Shown: positions 1 through 10,226 of the stretch, piece by piece
How positions within the stretch are numbered: the stretch's first letter is position 1
Layout: the number at the start of each line of letters is the position of its first letter
NCBI GenBank assembly: GCA_963662315.1
Contig: OY759353.1
Coordinates: 1,376,001 to 1,440,000, forward strand
Length of the DNA stretch: 64,000 nt
From: Geopsychrobacteraceae bacterium
Lineage (GTDB): Bacteria; Desulfobacterota; Desulfuromonadia; Desulfuromonadales; Geopsychrobacteraceae
Direction of reading: 5' to 3'
Made by a program: the position numbers and the translations under genes
The notes under the pieces: model-generated
What the model was told of the DNA's origin: nothing
The model's database searches: none
The model's input: only the letters and a program-made list of their open reading frames with translations

Positions 1-254
1 AATAACCACCAGCCTTCGCACGAAAAACGTGTAAACATCGGCTTGAGTAAATCTGCAAAGCGAGCATCATTGTTATTTCGATAAGAATCGACCAGCACTT
101 CACTGGCAAATTCAATGTTCTGAATACGCTGTTCAAGAAGAGCATCGGTCAACATATGCAGCCCCAATAATCCCCCTAGAAAAAGAGCCGCCCCAAGCAA
201 AATGGATAGCGTCACAAGAATTTCTGTTTTCAAACCATGACCACGGGTTACCAT
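1..254 (-). CDS. N-terminal part of a membrane-anchored protein, probably a sensor histidine kinase (runs off the window edge)
   Basis: Not in the ORF track. Manual translation from ATG at 254 gives MVTRGHGLKTEILVTLSILLGAALFLGGLLGLHMLTDALLEQRIQN... with no stop before position 1. An N-terminal TM helix of this type is typical of sensor kinases. Confidence 0.55.
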   Translation of the reverse strand, partial: MVTRGHGLKTEILVTLSILLGAALFLGGLLGLHMLTDALLEQRIQNIEFASEVLVDSYRNNNDARFADLLKPMFTRFSCEGWWL

Positions 255-427
255 TTGACTCACACTTTCCACTTAAGAAATTTGTTATTGTTTTTTCTTA
301 ATAACACACTCACAAAAAAATGAGAATTGAAGGTTTGTCAAATGAGGCCAAAATATTGGATAATCAGACATTGAAACTTGTCAGTGCTATGTCGATACAA
401 TTATTTTACTGAAAGGATTTAACCCCC

Positions 428-619
428 ATGACGAGAATTCCAAGCCTTGATGGCGATACCTGCATAGGATGCGAAACCTGCACCCGTATTTGTCCCAATG
501 TTTTCCAGATGATTTCTGAGCATAAAGCCGGAATCTACAACCCGACCGGCGACAGTGAAGAAAAAATTGAAGAGGCGATGGATAATTGTCCGGTTGCCTG
601 CATCACTTGGGATGACTAG
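428..619 (+). CDS. Ferredoxin (single 4Fe-4S type)
   Basis: 63 aa; CIGCETCTRICP plus distal CPVACI; RBS aaagga upstream. Confidence 0.9.
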   Translation: MTRIPSLDGDTCIGCETCTRICPNVFQMISEHKAGIYNPTGDSEEKIEEAMDNCPVACITWDD

Positions 620-627
620 ATACTTAA

Positions 628-1155
628 ATGTTTCACCGTATCCTGTTGTTTTTGACATTTATGTGTCTGTTACAAGGCTGTCAACCCAAGATTCCTGACA
701 ATTCCGGTGATTTTAACGGACATGAGCAGTTATACATTGATGCCAGGCATGGGTTTACTTTAAACCTTCCTCAAGCCTGGGAACGAATGACCATTCCCGT
801 GTCAGACTCGAGTTTCCGGCAGGACACGGTCGTTTGGAAACTTGAATCAGGCATGAAGCAGGCGACACTGCTTAAAGTACTATCTGTCCAACGAACACAG
901 TTTGCCACTTTACAGAAATTTTGCCAGTACAGTCATGAAGTAATGCACCAGAACGAGAATGTTTCTGCGCACAGAAGCGAGGGAAACAACTTATCTGGAC
1001 ACCGGTACTATGATGGTAAAGAAATATTATATTTCAATTTGGCACATAAGCATCGCTACTTCTACGTGTCCCTGATCAGCTCGCAGCCAATAACTGAACA
1101 GATGAAAAAATCGTTTACTGCCGTGGTTGAAAGCCTGCAGGAAATAGCACCTTAA
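628..1155 (+). CDS. Putative lipoprotein
   Basis: Signal peptide with lipobox LLQGC; lies in the ferredoxin-HD-DedA run. Confidence 0.65.
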   Translation: MFHRILLFLTFMCLLQGCQPKIPDNSGDFNGHEQLYIDARHGFTLNLPQAWERMTIPVSDSSFRQDTVVWKLESGMKQATLLKVLSVQRTQFATLQKFCQYSHEVMHQNENVSAHRSEGNNLSGHRYYDGKEILYFNLAHKHRYFYVSLISSQPITEQMKKSFTAVVESLQEIAP

Positions 1156-1174
1156 CCTTTAGAGGTACACCTAT

Positions 1175-1747
1175 ATGGGGCACTGTTTTTCTCCCGTAAA
1201 AATCATCCGTAAATATTATGCAGAAGCTCCCGATGCTTATGAAATACTTATTGATCACAGCAGACTTGTCTGTCGGCGGGCGCTGAAAATTGCCAGAAAA
1301 CTTAATGATCAGGGAATTGAGCTTGACCTTCAGTTTATTGCAGAAGCTGCTATGCTACACGATATCGGCATGATTAAAACTGCTACCCCAGGCCTTGGCT
1401 GCTATGGCAAGGGGCCATACATACAGCATGGCGTAAGAGGCAAAACCATATTGGAACAAGAAGGGTTACCTCGCCACGCAAGAGTCTGCGAAAGGCATAT
1501 TGGCGTTGGATTGACCAGCGATGCAATTATTTCACAAAATCTCCCCCTGCCGGTGAGAGATATGCGACCTGAAACCCTTGAAGAGAAAATCATCTGCTAT
1601 GCAGATCTTTTCTATTCAAAGGGCCTTAAAAATCGCGGAAAAGAAAAATCAATTCGCACGGTGCGTAAGAAAATTACAGAATTTGGGGCAGAAAACGTTA
1701 AAATATTTGATGCCTGGGTACAACAATTCGAACCGTCAGAAGAGTAG
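1175..1747 (+). CDS. HD/HDIG-domain metal-dependent phosphohydrolase
   Basis: HS...AMLHDIG, ERHIGVG and ICYAD motifs. Confidence 0.85.
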   Translation: MGHCFSPVKIIRKYYAEAPDAYEILIDHSRLVCRRALKIARKLNDQGIELDLQFIAEAAMLHDIGMIKTATPGLGCYGKGPYIQHGVRGKTILEQEGLPRHARVCERHIGVGLTSDAIISQNLPLPVRDMRPETLEEKIICYADLFYSKGLKNRGKEKSIRTVRKKITEFGAENVKIFDAWVQQFEPSEE

Positions 1748-1748
1748 T

Positions 1749-2360
1749 ATGGACCAATGGCTAACAGATTTAATTGCCCACCTGCCGTCAGGGAATATCT
1801 ATCTTTGCTTTATTTTCATTATTGCCTTACTTGAATCATTACCAGCTATAGGTCTCTTAATTCCCGGAAGTACACTGATTGTTGCCGCAGGATTCCTGGT
1901 TAGTCATCAACATGGTTCATTAATAAATATAATGATCTCTTCTCTTGTTGGAGCCTATATTGGTGACCTGTTGAGCTTTGAACTAGGCCGCAAATACGGG
2001 TCGACGCTCTTAAAAATTCAGCTGTTGCAACGAAATCGCCCCATGATCAGACAAGCAGAAATCTTTTTCATGAATCACGGCGGAAAAAGTTTATTTTTTG
2101 CTCGTTTTCTTGGCCCAATCCGCGGAATAACACCCTTTATTGCCGGATTGTCCGAAATGCCCCGGAAAAATTTTAACGTCTATGCACCGATAAGTGCAAT
2201 TCTGTGGGGAATCAGCTACCCTGGAATCGGTTTTATTGGCGGAGCAAGTTGGCAAAAGGCTGAAGGCTTGGCCTACAAATTCGGGCTGTCCATACTTGTA
2301 GCCCTGATTGTCACAATCGCTCATTACGCTATTAAAAATAAACTTGGTGAAAAAAAATAA
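1749..2360 (+). CDS. DedA family membrane protein
   Basis: ALLES..IGLLIPG, IGDLLSFELGR and FFARFLGPIR motifs. Start trimmed to the ATG at 1749, 1 nt after the upstream stop. Confidence 0.9.
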   Translation: MDQWLTDLIAHLPSGNIYLCFIFIIALLESLPAIGLLIPGSTLIVAAGFLVSHQHGSLINIMISSLVGAYIGDLLSFELGRKYGSTLLKIQLLQRNRPMIRQAEIFFMNHGGKSLFFARFLGPIRGITPFIAGLSEMPRKNFNVYAPISAILWGISYPGIGFIGGASWQKAEGLAYKFGLSILVALIVTIAHYAIKNKLGEKK

Positions 2361-2447
2361 TAGGAAATCAGCAAATCCTGCCTACCCCTATAGCGCAGAC
2401 AAAAAGGACGAGGACTCACCTAGGTGAAGGCGTCTCCGACAAAAGCA

Positions 2448-3817
2448 GATAACGTAAAATATTTTTCGCTTTTTTAAAAAGACACGGCAGTGTCCTAAAT
2501 GTTTAGAATTGTATCGCCAAACACAAACTCTAGTCCAAAGGAGAACACTGCCGTGGAAAATGATTGTACACCAAAGCAAGATAAGATCATTCAACTGAAT
2601 GAAGCTGCTGTCAAAAATCATTTGGGTCAAATCGTACGTAGTACCGTCGAGCAGACGTTGAATGACATGTTGGATGCAGAAGCCGATCGCTTATGCAATG
2701 CTGAGAAATACCAACGAAATGAGGCACGTACTGATACCAGGGCCGGGCATTATCAAAGGAAACTTCAAACGACGGCTGGTGAAGTCAATTTAAAGGTCCC
2801 TAAATTGAGGCAACAGACCTTTGAGACAGCGATCATTGAACGCTACAAACGTCGGGAAGCATCCGTTGAAGAAGCTTTGATCGAAATGTATTTAGCTGGT
2901 GTATCGGTTCGACGTGTCGAGGATATTACCGAAGCATTGTGGGGCACGAAAGTCAGTCCCGGAACGATCAGCAATCTGAATAAAAAAGTCTACACAAAGA
3001 TCGAGCAATGGCGGAAGCAGCCCATTGGGGACGAATTTCCTTATGTTTATCTGGATGGTATCGTTCTAAAACGTTCCTGGGCCGGAGAAGTCAGCAACGT
3101 TTCTGTCCTGGTTGCGATCGGCGTTAACAGTGATGGCTATCGCAAGATTCTCGGTGTTGCTGAGGGACACAAAGAAGACAAGGCGGGTTGGTCTGGATTC
3201 CTGCGGCATTTGAAGGAGCGCGGCTTGCGCGGTGTTCGCCTGTTTATAACCGATGCCTGTATGGGGCTGGTAGAGTCATTGGCCGAATACTATCCGGAGA
3301 CCAAATGGCAACGTTGTATGGTCCATTTTTACCGGAATGTGTTCAATACTGTTCCAAGAAGACGGGTTAAAGACGTCGCGGCCATGCTGAAAGCGATCCA
3401 TGCATCTGAAGACAAAGCTGCAGCCAAGGAAAAAGCTGAGCAGATCATTGAAAAGCTTGAAGCCTTACGTTTGAAAGAGGCCGCTCAGAAAGTTCGGGAG
3501 TCGATAGATGAAACTCTGACTTACTATAAATTTCCAAGGAGTCATCATAGTCGGATTCGCACCAACAATGCTCTTGAGCGTATTATGAAGGAAATCAGGC
3601 GCCGAACTAAGGTTGTCGGCGCATTCCCCGATGGTCATTCGGCATTAATGCTGTGTGCCGCAAGATTACGACATATTGCTGGAACAAAATGGGGGCAGAA
3701 GAAATATCTGAACATGGACTTACTCAGGGAACAGGATTTTGAGCAAATGATGGAGGCGGATGCAGGCTAACTAAAATCGGGCGCTGCCGAAAAAAGCGAA
3801 AGATTCTTTACACTACC
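2448..3817 (+). mobile_element. IS256-family insertion sequence (1370 bp) with 8-bp target-site duplication CAAAAGCA
   Basis: DR CAAAAGCA at 2440-2447 and 3818-3825. Left end gataacgtaaaatatttttcgctttttt matches the reverse complement of the right end (ggtagtgtaaagaatctttcgctttttt) at 22/28. Encloses an IS256 transposase. Confidence 0.9.
2553..3770 (+). CDS. IS256-family (Mutator-like) DDE transposase
   Basis: YVYLDG, FITDAC, WQRCMVHF and IRTNNALER motifs. Probable GTG start at 2553 after GGAG (ORF track starts at 2499). Confidence 0.95.
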   Translation: MENDCTPKQDKIIQLNEAAVKNHLGQIVRSTVEQTLNDMLDAEADRLCNAEKYQRNEARTDTRAGHYQRKLQTTAGEVNLKVPKLRQQTFETAIIERYKRREASVEEALIEMYLAGVSVRRVEDITEALWGTKVSPGTISNLNKKVYTKIEQWRKQPIGDEFPYVYLDGIVLKRSWAGEVSNVSVLVAIGVNSDGYRKILGVAEGHKEDKAGWSGFLRHLKERGLRGVRLFITDACMGLVESLAEYYPETKWQRCMVHFYRNVFNTVPRRRVKDVAAMLKAIHASEDKAAAKEKAEQIIEKLEALRLKEAAQKVRESIDETLTYYKFPRSHHSRIRTNNALERIMKEIRRRTKVVGAFPDGHSALMLCAARLRHIAGTKWGQKKYLNMDLLREQDFEQMMEADAG

Positions 3818-3862
3818 CAAAAGCAGCCCGTGTGACGCGACCCAGTCTGAACGGACAAAATC

Positions 3863-3896
3863 AAAAAAAATCGGGCTACAGCAATGACTGTAGCCC
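3863..3896 (-). terminator. Rho-independent terminator after acnB
   Basis: Stem gggctacag/ctgtagccc (3873-3896), followed on the - strand by a T8 run. Confidence 0.75.
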
Positions 3897-3928
3897 ATAA
3901 CGTTCATTCAACTGTAAAAAGAAAGCTA

Positions 3929-6460
3929 TTATTTATAGCCGTCCATCTCATCAAACTGCAGATAACGGTAGATTTCATCCTTCTTCGGCGAAATTTTCTC
4001 TTTGTAAACGGCCAAGTATTCAGCTGGAGTTGGCAGTTTACCAGTATTAGCGACCACAGCACCAAGCTCAGCAGAACCAAGGAACACCTTTGCACCGTCA
4101 CCGATACGGTTATCAAAGTTACGGGTGCTGGTTGAGTAGGCATTCACATCATTCGGAACACGGGCCTGGTTGCCCATGCACAGGGAGCAACCGGCTATCT
4201 CGATGCGGGCACCTTTTGCACCGAAGACAGAGAAGACTGCCTCGGATTTCAGCTGGTCCTGATCCATCCTGGTTGGCGGGCAAACCCAGGCACGAACGGC
4301 CGGAGTAAATTTCTCACCACGCCAGATTTCCGCAGCAGCACGGAAGTGCCCGATATTGGTCATACAAGAACCGAGGAAGACATCCTGAATCTCAGTTCCA
4401 GCCACTTCAGAAAGCAACTTGACATCATCAGGGTCATTCGGACAAGCCAGAATCGGCTCGGTAATTTCAGCCAGATCGATTTCGATAACCGCAGCATATT
4501 CAGCATTGCTGTCAGCCTTAAGAAGCTCAGGCTTAGCCAGCCATGCTTTAACATCGTCAATGCGCTTACGCAAAGTGTCAGCGTACTCATAGCCGTCGGC
4601 AATCATCTTTTCCATCAACGCTACATTGGAACGCAGATAGGTGCAGATGGTTTCTTCAGACAGATCGATACAGGCAGCAGCAGCGGATCTTTCCGCAGCG
4701 GCATCAGTCAGCTCAAAAGCCTGCTCAACAGAGAGGTTGGGCAACCCTTCCATTTCCAGAATACGACCGTTGAAAATATTGATCTTGTTCTTTTTCGGAA
4801 CGGTCAGCAGGCCCTGCTTAATGGCCCAGTAAGGAATGGCATTAACCACATCACGCAGGGTAATCCCTTCGTTCAACTCACCTTTGAAACGAACCAGAAC
4901 TGATTCAGGCATATCGAGCGGCATGAAACCGAGAGCACCGGCAAAAGCGACCAATCCAGACCCAGCTGGGAAACTGATCCCGATAGGGAAACGGGTATGT
5001 GAATCACCACCAGTACCGACAGTGTCGGGGATCAACAGGCGGTTCAGCCAACTGTGAATAACACCATCCCCTGGACGCAGCGCAACACCTTCACGCTCAG
5101 CGACAAACTGAGGGAGAGCCTTGTGCATTTTTACGTCAGCAGGTTTGGGATACGCAGCCGTGTGACAGAAAGACTGCATAAACATAGGAGACTGGAATTT
5201 CAAACAAGCCAGCTCTTTAAGTTCATCAGCAGTCATAGGGCCTGTTGTGTCCTGTGAACCAACGGTCGTCATCTTAGGCTCACATGCAGTTCCAGGCAGA
5301 ATGCCGGTAACACCACAGGCACGACCAACCATCTTCTGGCCAAGACTGTAGCCTTGCCCTTCTTTAGCGATTGGATTCTCTGGAATAGCAAAGAAATCTG
5401 CGTCGGGAAGACCGAGAGCCTGGCGGGCACGAGTCGTTACCGCACGACCAATAATCAAAGGAATACGTCCACCGGCACGATATTCATCAGGAACAGTATT
5501 CGGCTTGATCTCAAATGTAGAGAGAACCTCACCGGCCTCATTCTTGACTTCGCCTTTAACGGTATCGATAGTGATAATATCGCCCATGTTCAACGAGGTA
5601 ACGTCCATGCGCAAAGGCAAAGCACCGGAGTCCTGAGCGGTATTAAAGAAAATCGGAGCGATAACACCACCAATAATAACCCCTCCACGACGCTTATTAG
5701 GAACATATGAGATATCTTCGCCTATATGCCACAACACGCTATTACATGCAGACTTGCGCGAAGATCCGGTGCCAACGACATCACCGACAAAAGCAACCTG
5801 ATGACCTTCAGCACGCCATTTAGCAATATCGTCAATGCCACCGGGGAAACGAGTCTTACCCATGGCAAGAGCATGCAGTGGAATGTCGGGACGACTCCAG
5901 GCGTCTCCGGCTGGTGAAAAATCATCCGTATTTATTTCTCCCTCAACTTTAAAAACCTTGACGGTGATTGTCTCAGGAATATCTGACTTACTGGTAAACC
6001 ATTCAGCAGCGGCCCAGCTTTCAACAACTTTTTTTGCAGCGACATTCGTTGCTGACTTAGCAATGACCTGGTCGGCAGCATCGTACACGTAAGTAAGACC
6101 AGACAAAGCACATGCAGCGGCATCTGCCAATTCAGGTTTGTCAAGAGCATCAATCAATGGCTGAACATTATAGCCACCTATCATGGTACCAAGTATTTCG
6201 ACAGCCTTAACGGCATCAATCAGGGGGGATTGTTTACTACCGCTGATAATATCAGCAAGAAAACCTGCTTTTACTTCAGCAGCGGGGTCAACCCCCGGAG
6301 AGATTCTTTGGGTCAGCAGATTAAGAAGAAAATCTTCTTGTCCCGCTGGTGGATTAATAAACAGATCGCAAAGTTGTTTAGTTTGCTCAGGGCTGAGTGG
6401 CAGCGCTGGGATACCTTGCTCTTTGCGTGCATCTTCTTGCCGCAAATAAATGTCAATCAT
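3929..6460 (-). CDS. acnB: Aconitate hydratase B
   Basis: TDDFSPA, VGTGSSRKSA, GDSHTRFP, GSCMTNIG and STSTRNF motifs. Start set at ATG 6460 after GGAGG. Confidence 0.97.
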   Translation of the reverse strand: MIDIYLRQEDARKEQGIPALPLSPEQTKQLCDLFINPPAGQEDFLLNLLTQRISPGVDPAAEVKAGFLADIISGSKQSPLIDAVKAVEILGTMIGGYNVQPLIDALDKPELADAAACALSGLTYVYDAADQVIAKSATNVAAKKVVESWAAAEWFTSKSDIPETITVKVFKVEGEINTDDFSPAGDAWSRPDIPLHALAMGKTRFPGGIDDIAKWRAEGHQVAFVGDVVGTGSSRKSACNSVLWHIGEDISYVPNKRRGGVIIGGVIAPIFFNTAQDSGALPLRMDVTSLNMGDIITIDTVKGEVKNEAGEVLSTFEIKPNTVPDEYRAGGRIPLIIGRAVTTRARQALGLPDADFFAIPENPIAKEGQGYSLGQKMVGRACGVTGILPGTACEPKMTTVGSQDTTGPMTADELKELACLKFQSPMFMQSFCHTAAYPKPADVKMHKALPQFVAEREGVALRPGDGVIHSWLNRLLIPDTVGTGGDSHTRFPIGISFPAGSGLVAFAGALGFMPLDMPESVLVRFKGELNEGITLRDVVNAIPYWAIKQGLLTVPKKNKINIFNGRILEMEGLPNLSVEQAFELTDAAAERSAAAACIDLSEETICTYLRSNVALMEKMIADGYEYADTLRKRIDDVKAWLAKPELLKADSNAEYAAVIEIDLAEITEPILACPNDPDDVKLLSEVAGTEIQDVFLGSCMTNIGHFRAAAEIWRGEKFTPAVRAWVCPPTRMDQDQLKSEAVFSVFGAKGARIEIAGCSLCMGNQARVPNDVNAYSTSTRNFDNRIGDGAKVFLGSAELGAVVANTGKLPTPAEYLAVYKEKISPKKDEIYRYLQFDEMDGYK

Positions 6461-6535
6461 GAACTCCTCCATCACACGTATTAAAACAGGTTAACTCTCC
6501 AGACATGAATAAATGACGTTTTACTGTTTAAAAAA

Positions 6536-6571
6536 TTGCATACAGTATACAATTTTTTAAACCTCTGTCAA
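6536..6571 (-). promoter_or_regulatory. Sigma70-type promoter of acnB (TTGACA-16-TATACT) overlapped by palindromic operator TTGCATACAGTATACAA
   Basis: - strand reads ttgaca gaggtttaaaaaattg tatact gtatgcaa. The palindrome at 6536-6552 recurs upstream of icd. Confidence 0.7.
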
Positions 6572-6845
6572 TCATCAGAACAATAATTTGTAGCACCTTT
6601 TAGCTGGATTCCATCCCTCCTGTCAACAAACAGAAATTGCTACCGGTCGCATACATCAACTGTTAAGTCGAAATAGTAAATAAAGAGGTATTCACAAAAA
6701 CCACGACGCAAGAATGACATAATCTGTCACATTGAAGTGCAAGATTAGACACATCAAGTAAACTTTTCCCCGGAGCATGAAATGTTTGAAATTTTATTTC
6801 TGATTAGTATTGTCCTGATTTGCCGTAGTCAGTTTCTGCCTTCAG

Positions 6846-6898
6846 AAAAAAAAGCGCGCCCTGCAGTGATGACAACAAACAATCACTGCAGGGCGCGC
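6846..6898 (-). terminator. Strong terminator after the FKBP gene
   Basis: Perfect 17-bp stem gcgcgccctgcagtgat/atcactgcagggcgcgc (6854-6898), 11-nt loop, T8 on the - strand. Confidence 0.85.
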
Positions 6899-6906
6899 CA
6901 GAAGAA

Positions 6907-7590
6907 TCACTGGATTTCGAGTAATTCGACTTCAAAAACCAGAGCGGAGTTTGGTGGAATTGCCGGCGGAGCACCGCGTTCAGCATAAGCGAGTTCCGGC
7001 GGAATAACCAGTTGCCATTTGTCGCCAACTTTCATTTTAGTCAGAGCCTCAGTCCACCCCTTAATCACCCCACCGACAGGGAATGTAACCGGCTCGCCAC
7101 GATCATAGGAGCTGTCGAATTTAGTACCATCCGGCAGCGTACCAGTATAGTGTACCTTAACTGTTGATTCAGCAGTTGGAGAAGGTCCTTCACCTGCTGT
7201 AAGCACCTTATACTGAAGCCCACTTTCCGTTGTGACAACACCTTCTTTAGAACCATTGTCAGCCAGGAAATCCTTGGCTTTCTTTAGGTTCTCTTCGGCA
7301 AGCTGAGCCATTTTAGCCATTTGCTTTTGTTGCATTTCTGCCTGGAAGGCCGTCAGGACGGAAGCCATTTCTTCCTGAGACAAGACCGTTTCTTCTCCCT
7401 TAAAAGCAGCTTTAAGACCCGCGGCAACCTGATCGGGATCAACGTCAAGACTCTGTTGTTTCATGTTGGCACCAATATTCATACCAATGGCATAGCCGAC
7501 TTCCTCTTGCTGCGTAGCAAATTTACCCTCTGCGTAAGCCTGGCCACTAATCAGAACCAAACCAAGACAGAAAAGCGAAAACTTTTTCAT
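6907..7590 (-). CDS. FKBP-type peptidyl-prolyl isomerase (FkpA/Mip-like, exported)
   Basis: Signal peptide; [20 protein letters not shown] and IPPELAY motifs. Confidence 0.93.
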   Translation of the reverse strand: MKKFSLFCLGLVLISGQAYAEGKFATQQEEVGYAIGMNIGANMKQQSLDVDPDQVAAGLKAAFKGEETVLSQEEMASVLTAFQAEMQQKQMAKMAQLAEENLKKAKDFLADNGSKEGVVTTESGLQYKVLTAGEGPSPTAESTVKVHYTGTLPDGTKFDSSYDRGEPVTFPVGGVIKGWTEALTKMKVGDKWQLVIPPELAYAERGAPPAIPPNSALVFEVELLEIQ

Positions 7591-7674
7591 TGAGTGCTCC
7601 ATAAGTAAGGTTGATGTAAAACAAAAGGCCCGGTGAAAACACCGAGCCCTTTAGTATTACCATACTTGATTGAA

Positions 7675-8226
7675 CTAGTCAGCCATCAATTCTTTGACTT
7701 TTTCGAATCCAAGATTATAGGCCTTCTGGTTGAGCTCCTTAAATGCTTCAGGAACTCGACGCAAAACAGCTTCCAGACCTGACTCGCGTGCAACGACATC
7801 CGTCAGGGCTATCATTGCTCCAAGGGCAATAACGTTGGCAACAATAGCTCGGCCAATTTCATCCTGCGCAGCACGCATAATGGCCATATCATAGACCTTG
7901 AAATCACCTTTGGGCGGATTCTTGACAAAATCAGAATCAACCAGCAGCAGTCCGCCATTTTTGATACCTACGGCATATTTGTCAGCAGCTTCCTGGGTCA
8001 TGGCAAGACACGCATCGACGATGGTAGCCTTAGGATAATCGATAGGAGCATCGCCTATAATAACCTCAGACTTGGACGCGCCACCACGGGCTTCAGGTCC
8101 ATAACTCTGGGATTGCACAGCATGTTTTCCTTCAATAATCGAAGCAGCTTCAGCCAGAATAATTCCGGCAGTAATCAAACCTTGACCACCAGCACCGGAA
8201 AACCGAATTTCATATCTTTCACTCAT
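7675..8226 (-). CDS. korC: 2-oxoglutarate:ferredoxin oxidoreductase gamma subunit
   Basis: GAGGQG and QSYGPEARGG motifs; in operon with the alpha, beta and delta subunits next to icd/mdh. Confidence 0.9.
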   Translation of the reverse strand: MSERYEIRFSGAGGQGLITAGIILAEAASIIEGKHAVQSQSYGPEARGGASKSEVIIGDAPIDYPKATIVDACLAMTQEAADKYAVGIKNGGLLLVDSDFVKNPPKGDFKVYDMAIMRAAQDEIGRAIVANVIALGAMIALTDVVARESGLEAVLRRVPEAFKELNQKAYNLGFEKVKELMAD

Positions 8227-8250
8227 GATTCTCGTCTCCTATCAGGTGGC

Positions 8251-9066
8251 TCAGGCGCCCTGGGCGCGGGCAATGATCTTGGCATATTGTTCACAATACT
8301 CCGGCTTATCTGCCTGGTAGAGAACACCGGTCAGGATTTTACCTTCCAACTGCTCGTCAGTCATTTTTGCCGCGGCAGCAACCGGAACAGCCATATCCTT
8401 GAGACGCTTCATCATGTCAACAACACTACGGAACTTGTTACGACGGCCATAAGTGGTCGGGCAATCATCAAGAACTTCAATAACGGCCATCCCTTTATGC
8501 TTTATTCCTTCAGCAATCAGCTTATCAATCTGAGTTGCATGGAAAGCAGTCGTCCGGGCTACAAAAGTAGCACCCGCACCGATAGCAAGCTTACTGATAT
8601 CAAAAACTGGATCAGGATTGCCATAAGGTGTTGTTGAGGCTTTATCTCCGGTTGGCGTACATGGCGAGAATTGACCACCCGTCATACCATAGATAAAGTT
8701 ATTCATAATGATGTAAGTCATGTCAATGTTGCGTCGGCAGGCATGAATAAAGTGATTACCGCCAATTGCCGTACCATCCCCGTCACCACCGCAGACAATA
8801 ACGTTCATCTCTGGCTTGGCCATTTTAACACCGGTTGCAAAAGCAGCGGCACGACCGTGAGCAGTGTGCAGAGTGCACATATCCATGTAGCCAGGCAGAC
8901 GGCTGGCGCAACCAATACCCGAAACCAGAGCGGTATTGTTTTTTTCAAGGCCACAAGCATCAATGGCGCGGATCAGGCCTTTCATAACAATACCGTGGCC
9001 ACAGCCAGGACACCAGATATGTGGCAATTTGCCTGGGCGAATATATTTTTCGTAATCGTAAGCCAT
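8251..9066 (-). CDS. korB: 2-oxoglutarate:ferredoxin oxidoreductase beta subunit
   Basis: WCPGCG, TPP-binding GGDGD and YGMTGGQ motifs. Confidence 0.92.
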   Translation of the reverse strand: MAYDYEKYIRPGKLPHIWCPGCGHGIVMKGLIRAIDACGLEKNNTALVSGIGCASRLPGYMDMCTLHTAHGRAAAFATGVKMAKPEMNVIVCGGDGDGTAIGGNHFIHACRRNIDMTYIIMNNFIYGMTGGQFSPCTPTGDKASTTPYGNPDPVFDISKLAIGAGATFVARTTAFHATQIDKLIAEGIKHKGMAVIEVLDDCPTTYGRRNKFRSVVDMMKRLKDMAVPVAAAAKMTDEQLEGKILTGVLYQADKPEYCEQYAKIIARAQGA

Positions 9067-10206
9067 TTAGAGAACCTCCTTAACTTGGGCAATAATCTGA
9101 GCCGGGGTTAAGGGGTCGCCATCAACCCGGTTGACACCTGCAAGCTTGCAGGTATCTTTGACAATTCTTTCAACTTCAAGAATCATTTGTCCGAGGTTCA
9201 TTTCCGGGACAACGATAGCGTTTACCTGTTTGCCCAGTTCGGCAACACGTTTTTCCGGGAACGGCCACAGGGTGATTGGACGGAAGAGACCCGCCTTGAT
9301 TCCAGATTCCCGCAGTTCGTTAACAGCATAACGTGCGGAACGGGATGAAGAACCATAGGCAAGAACGATGATTTCGGCATCATCACACAGATATTCTTCG
9401 TTAGACTCAATATCAGCACGAGCTTCTGGTTTCTCAACCTTAGAAATCTGGCGCCGCTCTTCGAAATCAACCAGCTCAGCCTTAGTTGTCGGAAAACCGT
9501 CAGCGGCTTTATTCAAACCGGTAACGTGAAAACGGTAACCAGATCCGAACCCTGCCAATGGTGGAACATCACTATTCGTCGCATCATAAGGCTTGTAATC
9601 CTCAGGAGCACAAGTCGGAGCAGTACGGTTAATGACTTCCAGTTCACCTGGTTCTGGGAACACAATACGCTCGCGCATGTGACCGACGATTTCATCGTAC
9701 AATACCTGAACAGGCATACGATATTTCTCTGCCAAGTTAAAAGCACGAACCGTTTCAGTGAAGATTTCCTGACAAGATGCAGGAGCAACGGCGATGGCAG
9801 CATGATCACCGTGAGTACCCCAACGGGCCTGCATTACGTCAGACTGGCCCGGGCCTGTCGGCATACCGGTGGATGGACCACCACGCATAACGTTAACAAT
9901 AACGCAGGGGACTTCGGCGATACATGCGTAGCCGATTAATTCTTGCTTCAGAGAGACACCAGGACCGGACGTTGCTGTTAATGCCTTCGCTCCTGTTAAA
10001 GAAGCCCCGATGACTGATGCCATCGCAGCAATCTCGTCTTCCATCTGAATAAAATGTCCACCTACTTTTGGAAGCTCTCCGGAAAGAACTTCGGCAACCT
10101 CTGTGGAGGGAGTGATGGGATACCCACCAAAAAACTGGCACCCAGCATAGACCGCACCCTGGGCGCAGGCCTCATTTCCCTGTAATAGCGCTACTTTTTT
10201 AGCCAC
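9067..10206 (-). CDS. korA: 2-oxoglutarate:ferredoxin oxidoreductase alpha subunit
   Basis: GYPITP, QMEDE, ATSGPG and RGGPSTG motifs. Confidence 0.92.
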   Translation of the reverse strand: MAKKVALLQGNEACAQGAVYAGCQFFGGYPITPSTEVAEVLSGELPKVGGHFIQMEDEIAAMASVIGASLTGAKALTATSGPGVSLKQELIGYACIAEVPCVIVNVMRGGPSTGMPTGPGQSDVMQARWGTHGDHAAIAVAPASCQEIFTETVRAFNLAEKYRMPVQVLYDEIVGHMRERIVFPEPGELEVINRTAPTCAPEDYKPYDATNSDVPPLAGFGSGYRFHVTGLNKAADGFPTTKAELVDFEERRQISKVEKPEARADIESNEEYLCDDAEIIVLAYGSSSRSARYAVNELRESGIKAGLFRPITLWPFPEKRVAELGKQVNAIVVPEMNLGQMILEVERIVKDTCKLAGVNRVDGDPLTPAQIIAQVKEVL

Positions 10207-10226
10207 TTACTGACCTCCTCTAGCAA

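Noticed and set aside
1578..1748. N-terminal extensions given by the ORF track for DedA, and likewise for korD, hisS, aspS and the DUF3106-like gene
   Set aside because: They overlap neighbouring genes or lack an RBS; better downstream starts with RBS or translational coupling exist.
6782..6988. 68-aa ORF with a hydrophobic N-terminus
   Set aside because: Runs through the FKBP terminator hairpin and into the FKBP 3' end; no supporting motif.
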